From the NCBI GenBank assembly GCA_040954595.2, contig CM082594.2:1072247-1136246 (forward strand): a stretch of DNA of 64,000 bases, written 5' to 3'. Under the pieces are notes generated by a model. It made no database searches. It saw only the letters and a program-made list of their open reading frames with translations, and was not told the DNA's origin. This DNA comes from Balanoglossus misakiensis (taxonomy: Eukaryota > Animalia > Hemichordata). Positions 46,526 to 60,947 of the stretch are shown in pieces. The position numbers and the translations under genes are program-made. Numbering within the stretch: position 1 is the first letter of the stretch; each line of letters starts with the position of its first letter.

Positions 46526-47895
46526 AACTCACGTCATCAGAGTAGACAAAGACAATACGATCACGCAATATTTCAATGATCAAATCTCCCAAACTATAGA
46601 TTAAAAAGGCTGATTATTCAGTTGAATGTCATTCTATCTCAGTTCTTTTGCGATAGCAGACGATTCAAGAGTCTTCCCTTCTTCATTCCACGAGACCTCT
46701 TTTCTTCGTCGCCAGAACTGCTTCAACTACATGCTTCTGGATACGACGCCCCTCTGATCAAACAACAGATCCATCCTGAAATAGTGCTTCAAATCTTGAT
46801 ATTTTTCTTTAATTTGACTTCAACCGTCACCATTCTCCAAGACTGTAAAAGAAGGGAGATGATGATGAACTACTATTATTTTTTTTTGCCCCTTGTACTG
46901 TCTTTACAACTGGTCGTATAAATCTGATATTTGTTTGGCATGCGAATTTTGGAATATGGATGTGTATGATCACAATTATAAGATCCTCAAAATAAAAGAT
47001 CCTATCATTTCATTTGGTTAATTACCAGTTCATAGGTGAATGAAAATATTGTTACTCACTTTGAGACCTGACATGTATATATAATAATTCAAAGTATTTA
47101 TTCGCATATTTTTATATTATTCATGGTGTTATAGATCAATGGAAATTTTTCAAATTAAATTCATGTATATAAAATGTAGCAATGTAATGTCATATGTGAA
47201 ACCCTTAATCTTGATATTGTAATTCATTGTAGAATATGATTATATTGTGTTATTTACTCAACTTGTGCATGTATGTTTAAGATTCATGCAAAATTACTTT
47301 TTTATACAAACTGTTCCTTTTTGTGTTGTTCGGAGGTGACAACTCATCAACAATGAAATAAGTTTGGGAAATTTTTGAACAAAGTCATGAAGTGGAAGTA
47401 CTATAAATAAGTTTAATATCTGATTTTGTTGTCCTGCCAGAAGTCAACATTTTTAGCTTACACAAATACTGGTGCAACTACAGAACAGTTGAAGAATTTC
47501 ATCATTATATTTATGTTTTAATTACAAGTATATCAATTGTACCTTTTCCTTATATTAAAAGCATATTTTCATTATAATATTTAATTGAGTTCTTTGTCTA
47601 CTTTTTTAAACTGACAATTTGTCAGTCATTACCATAACCCTGGAGTGTATTTCACTGTGTCCAGAGATTCTTCTGTAGTTGTTATAATAAGACATCAAAC
47701 CAGGTCCAATAATCAATATTACTCAAGCTAAGCTAATTACCAGGTCCAGGTTCAGAAAAGAAATAAGTGAAAAACTTACAATTTCAACAGGATCTTCTTG
47801 AACCACTGCTAAGTGGTAGTACTCGCACAGGGGGCTGCAAACATGAAAGTTATAAATGGCGGAGTTCCTGCATTTTCCCCCAATAAACATTAATT

Positions 47896-50300
47896 ATAAT
47901 ATGCTTGGTGCTGGAGCCAGGGTTTATATTCTCAACAAGATGACCTGGCCCAACTTGGCCCTGAACGGAGAATAGCTAATAAACTTTGCATTTGATTGGC
48001 TGTGGGATGGTGGACTGCATTTGATTGGCTGTGGGATGGTGGAAATGTCGTCTGCTGCAATCAGCTCGTGCAAATTTTGGAAATATCAAGAAGAGCTCAA
48101 AATGCAGCCAGCCGCCATGTCTGAAAGGCTAGATTCTGACTTTGATTTGAATTTTAACCTCGAACAACTTGACGAAATATCTGACGAAGAACTCCTACAA
48201 GCGGCGACGATACTCGAGAATCTACCGGGACCGTGCATTCCTCCAGCAGTAAATCATGCCTACCCGCAGACGCCGAGATTCCCCGAGTTGTCACACGAAA
48301 AGGTGGAACAGTCAGCGGCGAAAAAAAATGAGGCAAATACAAATGCATCGACCAAGTGGGGAGTTAAGTTACTGAAAAGTAAGTATTCAATAAAAAAATA
48401 GTAGTCGTATATTTTATCGTTCACGCCGAAATGGGCGCCGCCATTTTCATTGTTTGTAAACAATCGCGTTAGTCGTTTCACCTGTTGACCTTAAAATCAC
48501 GCAGTTGTTGTTGTATTTACCGTCTCTATTTTAACCGTTGCAGCCTGGTGTATGGAGCGATCGATTTCCCCAGATTTTGAAATGCTGCCAGTAGAAGACC
48601 TGGCAAACTTACTGAGGCAGTTTTATGCCGAGGTGAGAACAAGAGAAGGAAACGAGTATAGCATCCGGAGCTATTCTGGGATCAGAGCTGCGATACACTG
48701 ACATATCACCAACGTCCCATTCAACCGAGCTATCAATGTCTTGAGGGATCGGGAATTTCTGGTGGCCAACAATGTATTTGTCGGGAAAATAAAGAGCCTA
48801 AAGCGAGATGGAAAGGACACCATCAATCACAAAACACCAATAAGCGAGGGCGATATCCAGAAGATGTTTGCTAGCGGTACGCTATCCGACTCTGATCCAC
48901 TGTCATTATTACGTATGGTATGGTTTTATGTAGAATTTTTCTTTTGTCGAAGGGGGCGGGAGGGTCTGCGAGATTTACATAAGGGGAGTTTCATTCTTAA
49001 GGTTGACGACCAAGGGAGGGAATACATTACATTGGCCTACTTGGAAGCCACTAAAAACCACCCCGGGGATTTGAAAGATAATTTTGAAAGTGAGAAGCGG
49101 ATGTATAAAACGGATTCTCCCCTCTGCCCAGTTACGGCCATTTTGAAATATATCGGTAAACTCCATCCCAACTGTAATGCGTTTTTCCAGCGTCCCATTC
49201 CCAATTTCTCCGGCAGTGAAAACACGTGGTATGTAAACAGCCCCCTTGGGCACAATTCACTAGGGGAAATGATGAAGAAAATATCAAAAGCGGCAGAGTT
49301 GAGTGTAATATACACAAACCACTGTGTGCGAGCAACAACCATTAAGTCGCTGAACGACGCTGGGGTCCCAACGAGAATAATCATGAATCTCAGCGGTCAT
49401 CGCAACGAAGGAAGCATTCGTAGTTATTGTCGTGACAGTTCGAATGAACAGAAACGACAGTGTAGTGACATTTTAATGTCATCGATTCACGATAAACATA
49501 CCGGTAACATAACAGCTGATGGGACCCCAGCTCCGTCTGCTACGTCTTTGGCGGGTGCTTGCTCACCACAACGGTGTGAGAGAAATATACCCACATGCCA
49601 AACTCTCCCCTCAAATTCCATAACACCATCCAATATGTTCAATAACTGCAACTTCCAGGGCAATGTATATGTTTATACAAGTACCTATAATTCCTCCAAG
49701 CATAATTAAAGATGTACATTTCTAATGTTGATTGATCGGAAACGTAATACTCCCGTGGTGTTTCTGCTGACTACTTCGCAGACATGATGTAAACATATTC
49801 TTGCGCATTTTTTTAATAGTTCCACTTTATTAATGTATTTAAGACTAAGAGTAACATTATTTAGGTGTTTTTTAATTCCCATTGAGCGTTTTTAAAATAA
49901 ATGTTTTCAAAGTTTATGAAATATAGAAATGGGTCAGTGTACTTCATTGTTTGAGACGAGTGCTAGTGTGCGCGAGATCGGAATGACATGCGTTGAAGGT
50001 GTGATGAGGCCCCTGAACCGGCATGACAATCCCCGTACATGATGGCTGTCCAACTTCGGAACCGGGCGAGATTTTCATTTTATCGACTTATATCAAACGA
50101 AATCATATTATAATGAGGTTATAAACGGTGCGCTCGGGTATTTGGTTGCGGATATAAGACCTCTCAGGTGAAAATTAGCATATTTGGGTGAAATAATCAC
50201 CTCGCTGCGCTCGGTGATTATTTCCCGCCAAATATGCTAATTTTCACCTGAGAGGTCTTATATCCGCAACCAAATACCCTCGCTAGCCGTTTATAACCTC
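47896..50300 (+). mobile_element. Crypton-type tyrosine-recombinase transposon with terminal hairpin
   Basis: Absent from copy A (empty site AAACATTAATTGATG at ~38481-38495). Flanked by TAATT on both sides. Hairpin 50115-50300. Encodes a tyrosine recombinase. Confidence 0.88.
48117..49709 (+). pseudogene. Crypton tyrosine recombinase (DUF3504/ZMYM-QRICH1-KCTD1-like), ~475 codons, one premature stop
   Basis: Exons 48117-48378 and 48544-49709. Catalytic R (CRRGREG), HxxR (TNHCVRAT), GH (SGHRNE) and Y (IRSY) are present. In-frame TGA at 48699-48701. Kozak context GCCGCCATG. Confidence 0.85.
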
Positions 50301-53300
50301 TAATTGATGAACAGTCTTTGTGCTTGTTTATTTTTCTGTGTTACCTCCACCTGTCTTAGCAGTTGCTAATCCAGAATACAAGCTATTGCATTTCCCATTA
50401 AGCACCTGCTAACGACTTAATCTGTGTGCCCCATCCACGGATTTAGTGGATTAAGTAAACATCGGTCAGTTCTCACTTGGTAAGAGAATACCCAGTAGTC
50501 GCTGACCGATGTTTACTTTGTTAACTTAATCCGTGGATGGGGCACACAGATTAAGTCGTTAGCAGGTGATTAATGGGAAATGGATAGCTTTTATTCTGGA
50601 TTAGCAAATGATAAGACAGGTTGGGAAAACGCAGAATGGAACGTACTTCGCCATTTATAACTTTCATGTTTGCAGCCCCCTGTGGTACTAGGTGTCGGAA
50701 ATGGGTAAGCACACCCTTCCAGCATGCTGCACCCGTCAAGACTGACCCAAAGAGACAGATTTAAGTTGAATTTGACTTAACTAACAAATTACTGTTGCAA
50801 GTCAAATCCATATTTTGACTTTATCTCTGACTGAGCGCAGCGAGTCTGAGAGACACTCCACGTCTTCCTCTTCACAAGCAGCCCACTTTGTTTACATAAG
50901 TTTCAGTAGCATCTATAGTGGTTCTAAAGTTGGTTGCTCGAGACAATATTTCGGGCAAATTGGACAGCTGCCGAAGTTTGGTATTTGGAATGATTGTCAG
51001 GTCACCTGTTATTATATGAACGTGAGGTTCACAAGTGTAAATCCAATATTTAACATTACTTAAAGGGACAAATTACTCAAATTCTCCTTTGAGCTTATTT
51101 GATCAATTGTGTTTGATATGAAATGTGCCTATTATGCTGTTTGACTTCTTTAAACATGCTTAAATACTGGCCAATAAATAACTCCACTATGTTTGAAATT
51201 AAACCAGATAGTACAATAATACATTCCAAATGTCATATGTGATAACATCATGCTTTGGACTTTTTTACTTTATATATTACATAACATGTTACGGAGGGGG
51301 AGAGAGGTGAGAGAAGGAATGTGAGAAAGGAGAGAAGAAAAGCAAGAGGGCGGAAATGAGAATGTCAGGATGGAAAGGGAATGAGGGGAGGACTTTGACA
51401 GAAGGGGAGGGGAGAGACCGAATAAGTGAAGGTGAGAGAGGAAGTGGTTAGACAGGAAGAAAGGGAAATTAAAGCTCAACCACCACCACCACCACCACAA
51501 TCATCATCATCACCATCATTGCCATCATCATTCTGGAGGCATCGTGGCCTGTATTGGCCCATGGGCATCATGGGCCAAAAAAACTGATTCAGTTAAATGT
51601 GCATAAACCACACTTTTGTACGAACTCCTGTAACCGGTGACGCAAGTCGTGAGTGAATTTGTGGGCGTGTCGCGACCTTTTCTGTGTACGTGATGCAGAG
51701 TGATATATTGATGACCCCCAGCCACCCCAACACCCTTTGATAACACACTTCTTAAACTTTTTTTACATAGAATGGACTTCTCAAACCTTCCTTACCAAAG
51801 TTCTGATTAAAGACATCTATCTTCTAGGGTACTACCAACAGCGTTTCACGTGACTGTAGACAAGCAGCAAGTACCTGTACACAGACAAGGGCGTGCGCGC
51901 GTCCACAATAATTAACGAATGTTTTTACCGCCGTGTGTTTTATGCACATAAACACTGAATCAGCTTTAATATTGTCCCATGATGCCCCGTGAGTTGTCAG
52001 GGTACCAAACTGACAATGCTCGAGAAAAAATGAAGTGTTGACATGCATGTTGTTAAGGGGTATCACAATGCATGTTACAGACGCTGGTTTCTCTTAGCAA
52101 TAGAGTAGAGGCGTAAGGATGGGTTGATCTTGTGATTAAGAATTTTGGCAAAGAAACATAAATTGTGCCATTTAGTTTTGTATTAAACCCTATTCGCGTA
52201 TTTTATGTTAAAGCACGAAATACTGCAATAATGAGATACGGTAGTATTTAACACATATCATATATGATATAATATAGCTTTATCAATACCAGTGAATTTT
52301 GTGACGTCATTTCTGTACATTTTTTTTTCTTTTATTTAAAACGCACAATGTTACATCAACAAATCAAAAGAAGAAACGAACTGAAAACTCACATCATAGC
52401 TTCAAAATTTATTACACTTTCTGGATGGTTGCATGATTCCTAAGGCTTGTATACCTTGAACCTCAATGTCACGCGGGAGGATTGGTGTTAATGTAACGGG
52501 GAATTAAACTCTATCGATGGGGATAACTCGCTTGGCTAATACTGAGAGGTACCTATATGGAATCGTGCTGACGTCCAGATACATCGACACGAACACTGGG
52601 TATTTATGGTAGCAACTGAGAATATAAGAATTTAATGAAATAAACCTACTCGACCACTTGCGTTCTGAGGACAAGAAGGACACAAATAGTCCGCCATCCA
52701 AAAGACCGTTCCAGCATTTTATTTTTACCCGTCAAAAGACGCGGAGATATATTTTTAGATGAAAGATCCATGCATACTCAGATTGCATAGTACTTGTCTT
52801 CCTTGTGTTCCTTAAAATAATGAATGTATTGTATTTTCTTTTCTTTTCATCAGGAATGCGATAACTTTCTTAACACTACAAAAGTTTCTTTACTCTTCAA
52901 TCACTTCTGTCTCAACTTTTAAGTTTAACTTTTACTTCCAAATCTCAGGTCACAAACTTTATAGACTGCTAAACAATTTTCTTCCTAGTGTTGTATGCGC
53001 CACTTGTGAATTTTTGCGAGTGAGATTCACGGGCGTTTGAGCACAATTTATACAAAAGATGTTTGTCGCCTTTAGAAAAACGTTCGCGTAGAATCAATGA
53101 CGTCATGGTAAATTTTAGCTGCATGTTCCAATAGGGATGATGGGGAGACTACTTGTTGTAGAGCACCTGAAAATGTACGTATTTCGTCACTTCCTTTTCG
53201 CGAAATTTAATTCTTAACGGCATCTTAGTTTTAAGATTTGTGATTTCTTTTTTCTTCAGTTGTAAATTTGCATCACGGGATACTTCTTTGTAGACTATCG

Positions 53301-54595
53301 AACCTTGGCATCTCAGACACAGTACTAACATGGTTTACATCTTACCTTCAATATAGATATCAAACTGTAATCATCGAAAACACTGCAAGTTCACAGTCAC
53401 CTCTCGTATACGGGGTGCCACTGGCCCTCTCTTGTTCACCATTTATATAGCCCCACTTTATAGTAAACTGATTCGTCCCCACATCCTACAATTTCATCAG
53501 TACGCCGATGATAACCAGCGATACCTCGCCTTTTCCCATCAAGATTCAACCTCTGACGTTCCTGTCTTCTAAGGATTGTTGAACTTTAATTCATGCAGTT
53601 TGTTGTTACGGCCGGTCGTCCTCCGGACGTTTACCTCATCGGCTTCTGTGGGGAATCAGCCACGTCCGAAGGCTGACGGCGTACATTCTCTCCATCTCCT
53701 TCTCCACCCAACATATTCATAAAGTCCGAGAGAGGTACCCGGCAGATCGTAAACCTTTCGTAGACAGAGACTTGCAACAAGTTTTCCGAGTAACACAAAG
53801 TTCTGGTTTATTACTGGTCACACGTAAGAATTGCACGACTCGATCCATGCTCGTTGACTCCCATCACGGATCTCCGGTGATAAACGTGTGATCTCAAATT
53901 TCACCACACCTTATTAATACGTTAGTCAAGTATTAAGTCATAAAAGGAACACGTCATCTTAATATATCTTAAACATGAACTTAGCACGTGATATCTCTAT
54001 CTCGTTCTGACATGTATCAATTACACAATCTTGTTTACTCTGGGTCAAGTACCTATGTCAATACTGGACTAAAACCATACAAGTGAATGACTTCTTACGT
54101 AATCATAGAAAAGATCTATGAGCGTTAAAACTCAGTCGTGACACTTTCCCACTTTTCCAATAATCGAACTTCCACGTTCGATCAAAGAAAGAATGAAAAC
54201 GAAAACCAGGTCTGCGCTATCGGTTTTAAATACACTACGTCAAAATCAAACTCAATAATCACCTTTAAATAATATCACAGCCTGTTCAAACAAATTAAAG
54301 AAAATCGCATAAAACGTTTTCAATGTCAAAATTCAAAACGACTTCACTGTTCTGACTTCTCGTCAAAGAGTGTCTCTTTTCCAGTGAAAAATTCAACAGT
54401 CAGTAACCGCGTAAAAAAATCAAGTCTGATAGTTCTTTCGTACAAACAGTCTCTTCACTGCTGTACTAACGGAGCAGGCACATTCCAAAGATGCTCTCGA
54501 ACACAATAACGGTTCCGGATAATACCGCCAAGTACGGAGCATTTCAGAGTGGATCATAATGCAATACAAGCTCGTAATAAACAGTAAAAATGAAT

Positions 54596-54997
54596 TTAAT
54601 GAATGTTAAAAGATCTTAATTTAATACCACTATCTGATCGCAGGAGAGAACAGCGGCTTCATCTTATGTACAAAATCGTAAATAACCAAATCGCAACTCC
54701 AGCCGAAAGTCATATTAAATTCAACCCACGTACATCCAGGAATTCACACTCAAGACCCCTGTTCATACAAATGTGCAAAACAGATACTTACAAACACTCC
54801 TTCATTCCGCGAACCATTATTGACTGGAACCACTTACCTGATAACATTGTAACTAGCACAAACCTAGAGCAATTTAAAGCTGGTCTTTCAGGAATAACTA
54901 GTCATCACGACTAAATTCACCTTGCGCACCTGCAGGATTACTGCTCAATTTCTGAGTTACTCTGCAGTATTATACAGATACAGATACAGATACAGAT
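54596..54997 (+). mobile_element. 5'-truncated CR1-like LINE 3' end, copy B only
   Basis: ORF2 C-terminus LSDRRREQRLHLMYKIVN..YKHSFIPRTIIDWNHLP; (CAGATA)n tail; empty site TGAAT|ACACTT in copy A. Confidence 0.85.
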
Positions 54998-55398
54998 ACA
55001 CTTCATCATACTGTCAGGTTCAAAAATAACCACGAAACGAATTCTTATGTGAAAGAATGCGTAAGACTACAATAAAATCACGCTCAACTTCAACTACACT
55101 CTGGAACTTCTCTCTTGTCCCTCGTATGAACTCACATGCCAACTCAAAGGGCCATTTTCATACGCCAGACCGTCTCCCTTGCGGTCATTAAAACATCACG
55201 ACTTCATCACCAGACCGTCTCTCTTGCGGTCATCACAAAAACTTCAACAACTCCTCAAAAACCTATTAAACGTCACTACACTTCACGGCATCACTTCAAC
55301 AAAAGAATACACATTTACAATGTCGAAAACAACGCAAAAACTTGGTGGAAAACAATATCAAATCAAAAGCGGTTAATAACGGTCAGTCAACTCACGTC

Positions 55399-58391
55399 TA
55401 CTAACTCTTCTTATGTGAAAGGATGCGTAAGACTACAATAAAACTCAAAGGGCCTCTCTTCAATGTTAGTCATCATACCCTTCCACCCTGTGATTTTGAT
55501 GAACACTTTTCCCCCCAGCTTTATAATTCATTTTGTGTTTCCCATCTAAATGTCAGATCATTAAACAGAAACGTTGATGCCTTAAAATTACTATATGAAG
55601 ATATTATCAAGTCCAAATTCGCTATCATTGGAATTTCTGAAGTATGGGACCCAAATAACTTAAGTATTTGTAATATGCAATATTACACATTAGAAGTGAA
55701 GTCTCGTGAAGTAGGAAGGGGTGGTGGGGTTGGGGCTTACATACATTCATCAGTAATCTACAAGCTGCTTCGAGCAAGTGTCAGTCACTCAGAATCACTC
55801 TGGATGGAGGTACAGGTTAAAAATACGAAGATAATTATGGGAATAATCTACAGAAAACCTAATACTGATATAACAGAATTTCAAATTAGTCTCGTGCAAG
55901 TTTTAAATGAGTTCAGATGTGACAAAAATAATTGTATTTTAATGGGCGATTTTAATATTGATACTAACATAAGACTGACCAACCCCAATATAGATTCATA
56001 TCTATCCTCCTTGGAATGTATAGGCTTAAGACAGCTGATATCTATCCCAACCAGAGTGACTAGTTCATCTGAAACTTTAATTGACCACATCTACACAAAA
56101 AATAATCAACGTCCTATTCATGCTGGCACTATAATCACAGATATTTCAGACCATTTCCCTGTGTATACTCTTTTAGAAAATATTCCTCTAAAATTGCCAC
56201 AAAAAGAGAAAATTATTTTCAGAAATTTCAAAAACTATAGTCCCTCCCAATTTTACGACGATCTTGAAAACACAACATGGGATTCTGTGTACCATTCCTC
56301 TGATGCTAATGAGGCTTACAACAATTTTTATTCAGTCTTTAATGAAATTTGTGATAAACATGCACCTATTTCTACAAAATCCTATAGTACCAAAAAAATA
56401 AAAAAACCTTGGATCACCAAATCACTTAGAAAATCTATTAACACCAAACATAGGCTATATAACAAATTATATAAATCAAAATTTAATAATGCTGTTGCTG
56501 TTGATAATTATAAAAAATATCGAAATATTTTATCGGCTTTACTCAGGAAAGCCAAACAGATGTACTATAGCAATATTTTTATACAAAATGAAAATAACAC
56601 TACTGCAATATGGAAAACAATTAGACAGATACTTGGAAGCCAAGGTAATGCCAGTCAATCTCTGCCAGATAATCTGTGTGTTAAGTCTAATGGTAAGGTA
56701 CGAACCGTAAATAAGAAAACTGACATTGTCAATGAGCTAAATAACTACTTTGTTGGTATTGGTCCAGACCTTGCTAGTAAAATAAAGTCTAACAATTGCA
56801 ACTTCAATAATTACCTCAAGGCACCCATCTCAAACTCAATCTTTCTTGCCCCAACAACTCAGTTTGAAATACAAAAAATTATTTGTAGCCTAGATCCTTA
56901 TAAAGCTTGTGGCCAAGATCAAATTCCTGCTGGACTTCTTATAGATGGAGATGCTGTAATATCTAAACCATTAGAATACATATTCAACCTCTCCTTTCAA
57001 TAAGGAATATTTCTGAAAGCCCTAAAATCAGCAAAAGTTATACCAAGTTTCAAGAAAGGAACCACTGATGATCCAGGAAATTACAGACCAATATCAATTT
57101 TACCTCTTATAAGCAAAGTCTTAGAAAAAATAGTCAACTCCCATCTTACCAACTTTGTAGAACAATTTAATATTCTATATGAACATCCGTATGCCTTTCG
57201 ACAAAAATATAGTACCAAACTCTCTCTGATCAATCTTGTCAATTATCTCATTAAGCAACTTTATGCTGGCAGAATTACACTTGGCATTTTCCTTGACTTT
57301 TCAAAAGCCTTTGATACCATTGATCATACAATATTACTATCTAAACTCTCTCACTATGGTATACGTGGACGTCCTCTACAATGGTTTACAGATTATTTAA
57401 AAGATAGATGTTGGTTTTCTCCACATAAATAATATGGTCATAAATGAGGTAGAAGCTGCATCATTTGTTGGCATTCTCATTGACAGGCATCTTACCTTGT
57501 CAAAACATATCCAGATGCTAAACACAATCATCAGAAATAAAGTTGGCATTCTCTTTAAACTCAGACATTTTGTACCTACCCCTATACTTACCTTACTCTA
57601 CAAATCACTTATCCAACCACATATAACATACGGCCTCGAAGTATGGGGGTCAACATATCCTTCATATCTCAACCGTATTAAGTTATTACAAAAAATGGCA
57701 GTAAGAGCAATAACCTTCAGTGTTTTCACAGCTCATTCAACTCCTTTATTCCATAAATTGAAAATCCCTGATATTTTCAAATTACATAAGCTCCAGGTAT
57801 GCACCTTCATGTATGATCTTGTAAACAATAATCTTCCACAAAGGCTGACAACCTACTGTCAATTACCTCTCCATGATTACAGTACACGCCACAAAAACCA
57901 AGGTAATCTCCATATTCCAAGTGTAAATACAACAATGGGCAAATTTGCAATATCTTATAATGGCCCTCTCTTATGGAATTCATTACCAGAACAAATAAAA
58001 AACAAAAAATCCCAAAAAACTTTCCGGTACTCGCTCAAACAGATGTATTTAGAAAATTAACTATAAATATATACATCTTTATATATAGTAGTTTATTTAT
58101 TAATTCAATGTATTTATTTCATTCAATTTTAGCTACTGTCTATGTACATAATTGCCTTTACAGTGTACATGCCTAATATTGCTTCTCTCTAGGAAATACA
58201 CTGCCCTCAAAAAGAAATGTAACTATTTTTTATACCGCAATGTACAGAGGAATGGGAACAGACTTGACGAGCACCTGCTATTTTCTGTTCCCAATTACCT
58301 TTTCATTCAACCTGTCTCACTCATGAGTTATGTAAATACTTTTCAACTTTTCAACAAGGGTAATAAATTGAATTGAAATTGAATTTAATTG
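55399..58391 (+). mobile_element. CR1/L2-group LINE, copy B (526-aa open APE region, stop at 57001-57003, ~330-bp deletion of the RT core)
   Basis: Paralogous to 43197-46525 with the same TSD; the segment containing GVPQGS and FADD is deleted at an ATGT microhomology near 57411. Confidence 0.9.
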
Positions 58392-58988
58392 AACTCACGT
58401 CATCAGAGTAGACAAAGAAAATACGATCACGCAATATTTCAATGATCAAATCTCTCAAACTATAGATTAAAAAGGCTGATTATTCAGTTCAATGTCATTC
58501 TATCACAGTTCTTTTGCGATAGCAGACGATTCAAGAGTCTTCCCTTCTTCATTCCACGAGACCTCTTTTCTTCGTCGCCAGAACTGCTTCAACTACATGC
58601 TTCTGGATTCGACGCCCCTCTGATCAAACAACAGATCCATCGTTGAAAACCCATCCACGCATTCCACGCAGTCAACAGTCAGCACCAACCTTTTTTCTGT
58701 TCTCGTTTCCTTCTGAAGCAGACCATTGGATCGTCCGTTTCGCCAGCTTTTTTTCTTCTTACTTCTTTCTCGGTTCAGGAATCAGTGGCAACATCTCTGC
58801 CTACCCGGATTCTAACACCATCTTGTTACGGCCGGTCGTCCTCCGGACGTTTACCTCATCAGCTTCTGTGGGGAATCAGCCACGTCCGAAGGCTGTCGGC
58901 GTACATTCTCTCCATCTCCTTCTCCACCCAACATATTCACAGAGTCCGAGAGAGGTACCCGGCAGATCGTAAACCTTTCGTAGACAGA

Positions 58989-60947
58989 GACCCTTTTCTC
59001 ACGTGCCGTCAACGCCGCCCCAGCGGCGGCGCTAGGGCGGCGTTAATTTGTAAGTGCCACGTGTGAAAAGGTGAGAGCGGCCCTGCGCCGCTCTTTTTTT
59101 GTGACGGTGTTGAGGGGTGGGACCTGGGTCGGGGCGCCGCACTAAACAGCGATTCAAATCACGTGTGAACAGAAACACCGCACTAAACGCCGATCTAAAC
59201 GCACTCTTCCGACGCGGTTTGAGGGGATACAAGTGGCAGTTTCTAATGAGCTTGCATGTAAAATTACCCCTCTGAAAAGAGCGATGTTTAGCACCTTGCT
59301 TAGTCAACGGTCAATTTGCCTTGTTGCTGATGGTCATCAGTAAAATGAGGAGCCCCAAAACCTACAGGCAAAGCCTTGAGGTAGTCGGAACTTACTGCAG
59401 CTGGGGCTCTGCTGAAAAAATTGAGACGCCCAGTGGAAGTGGTAGTGAAACTTGTAGCAAAGTTCACGGTGATAATTGCTAGGCAACTAGGTCTTGCCAT
59501 TGTCTGGCTAAAAATACATCCCTGTGCGTGAATAAATTAAAAACGTCTTTGTCCCAAGGGACCAACTCAAAGCCACATCCCGGTATGCTTTTACTACTAG
59601 CATGGAGTCATGCTACTAGTATATTACGCACTGGTTTCAAAGCTGTAAGACTCACAGGCGGTACCGTAGAAGCGCTTATACTTATAGGATGACTGTACAA
59701 AAACTGGAAAAGTGTGGATTTTCTCGGATCTTCCATTTATTTGATGTGGAACAACAAATGGGACAAGTGGCGAAATGTGTCCTTGATTTTCAATCGCACC
59801 ATGAAGCCTATTTGAACCTAATTTGCATAAATGTCCGAGTGCGGTGATCCCGTCCCTTTTATACACGTGTGAATGCAAAACTATTTGAGTCGCTGATAAG
59901 AAATGTTTGCCAACTTTTATAATCCTCAAAAGGGCGCCCTAATCATTTCACGTGTGCAAGCGACTATATAAACCCTTTTCTCACGTGCCGTCAACGCCGC
60001 CCCAGCGGCGGCGCTAGGGCGGCGTTAATTTGTAAGTGCCACGTGTGAAAAGGTGAGAGCGGCCCTGCGCCGCTCTTTTTTTGTGACGGTGTTGAGGGGT
60101 GGGACCTGGGTCGGGGCGCCGCACTAAACAGCGATTCAAATCACGTGTGAACAGAAACACCGCACTAAACGCCGATCTAAACGCACTCTTCCGACGCGGT
60201 TTGAGGGGATACAAGTGGCAGTTTCTAATGAGCTTGCATGTAAAATTACCCCTCTGAAAAGAGCGATGTTTAGCACCTTGCTTAGTCAACGGTCAATTTG
60301 CCTTGTTGCTGATGGTCATCAGTAAAATGAGGAGCCCCAAAACCTACAGGCAAAGCCTTGAGGTAGTCGGAACTTACTGCAGCTGGGGCTCTGCTGAAAA
60401 AATTGAGATGCCCAGTGGAAGTGGTAGTGAAACTTGTAGCAAAGTTCACGGTGATAATTGCTAGGCAACTAGGTCTTGCCATTGTCTGGCTAAAAATACA
60501 TCCCTGTGCGTGAATAAATTAAAAACGTCTTTGTCCCAAGGGACCAACTCAAAGCCACATCCCGGTATGCTTTTACTACTAGCATGGAGTCATGCTACTA
60601 GTATATTACGCACTGGTTTCAAAGCTGTAAGACTCACAGGCGGTACCGTAGAAGCGCTTATACTTATAGGATGACTGTACAAAAACTGGAAAAGTGTGGA
60701 TTTTCTCGGATCTTCCATTTATTTGATGTGGAACAACAAATGGGACAAGTGGCGAAATGTGTCCTTGATTTTCAATCGCACCATGAAGCCTATTTGAACC
60801 TAATTTGCATAAATGTCCGAGTGCGGTGATCCCGTCCCTTTTATACACATGTGAATGCAAAACTATTTGAGTCGCTGATAAGAAATGTTTACCAACTTTT
60901 ATAATCCAAAAAAGGGCGACCTAATCATTGCACGTGTGCAAGCGACT
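58989..60947. mobile_element. Head-to-tail dimer of a 977-bp non-coding element inserted in the 5' LTR
   Basis: Copies 58989-59965 and 59971-60947 separated by ATATA; absent from the other two LTRs; flanking AGA (or AGAGAC) duplication. Confidence 0.8.

Larger units (their letters stand above)
37048..58641 (+). repeat. Tandem segmental duplication: copy A 37048-46775, copy B ~46776-58641
   Basis: Collinear, highly similar sequence throughout; junction GATCCATC|CTGAA at 46775; copy-specific insertions and deletions. Confidence 0.92.

Noticed and set aside
59032-60860. Duplicated short ORFs in the 977-bp dimer
   Set aside because: Identical only because of the tandem copy; no transposase or other motif recognised.
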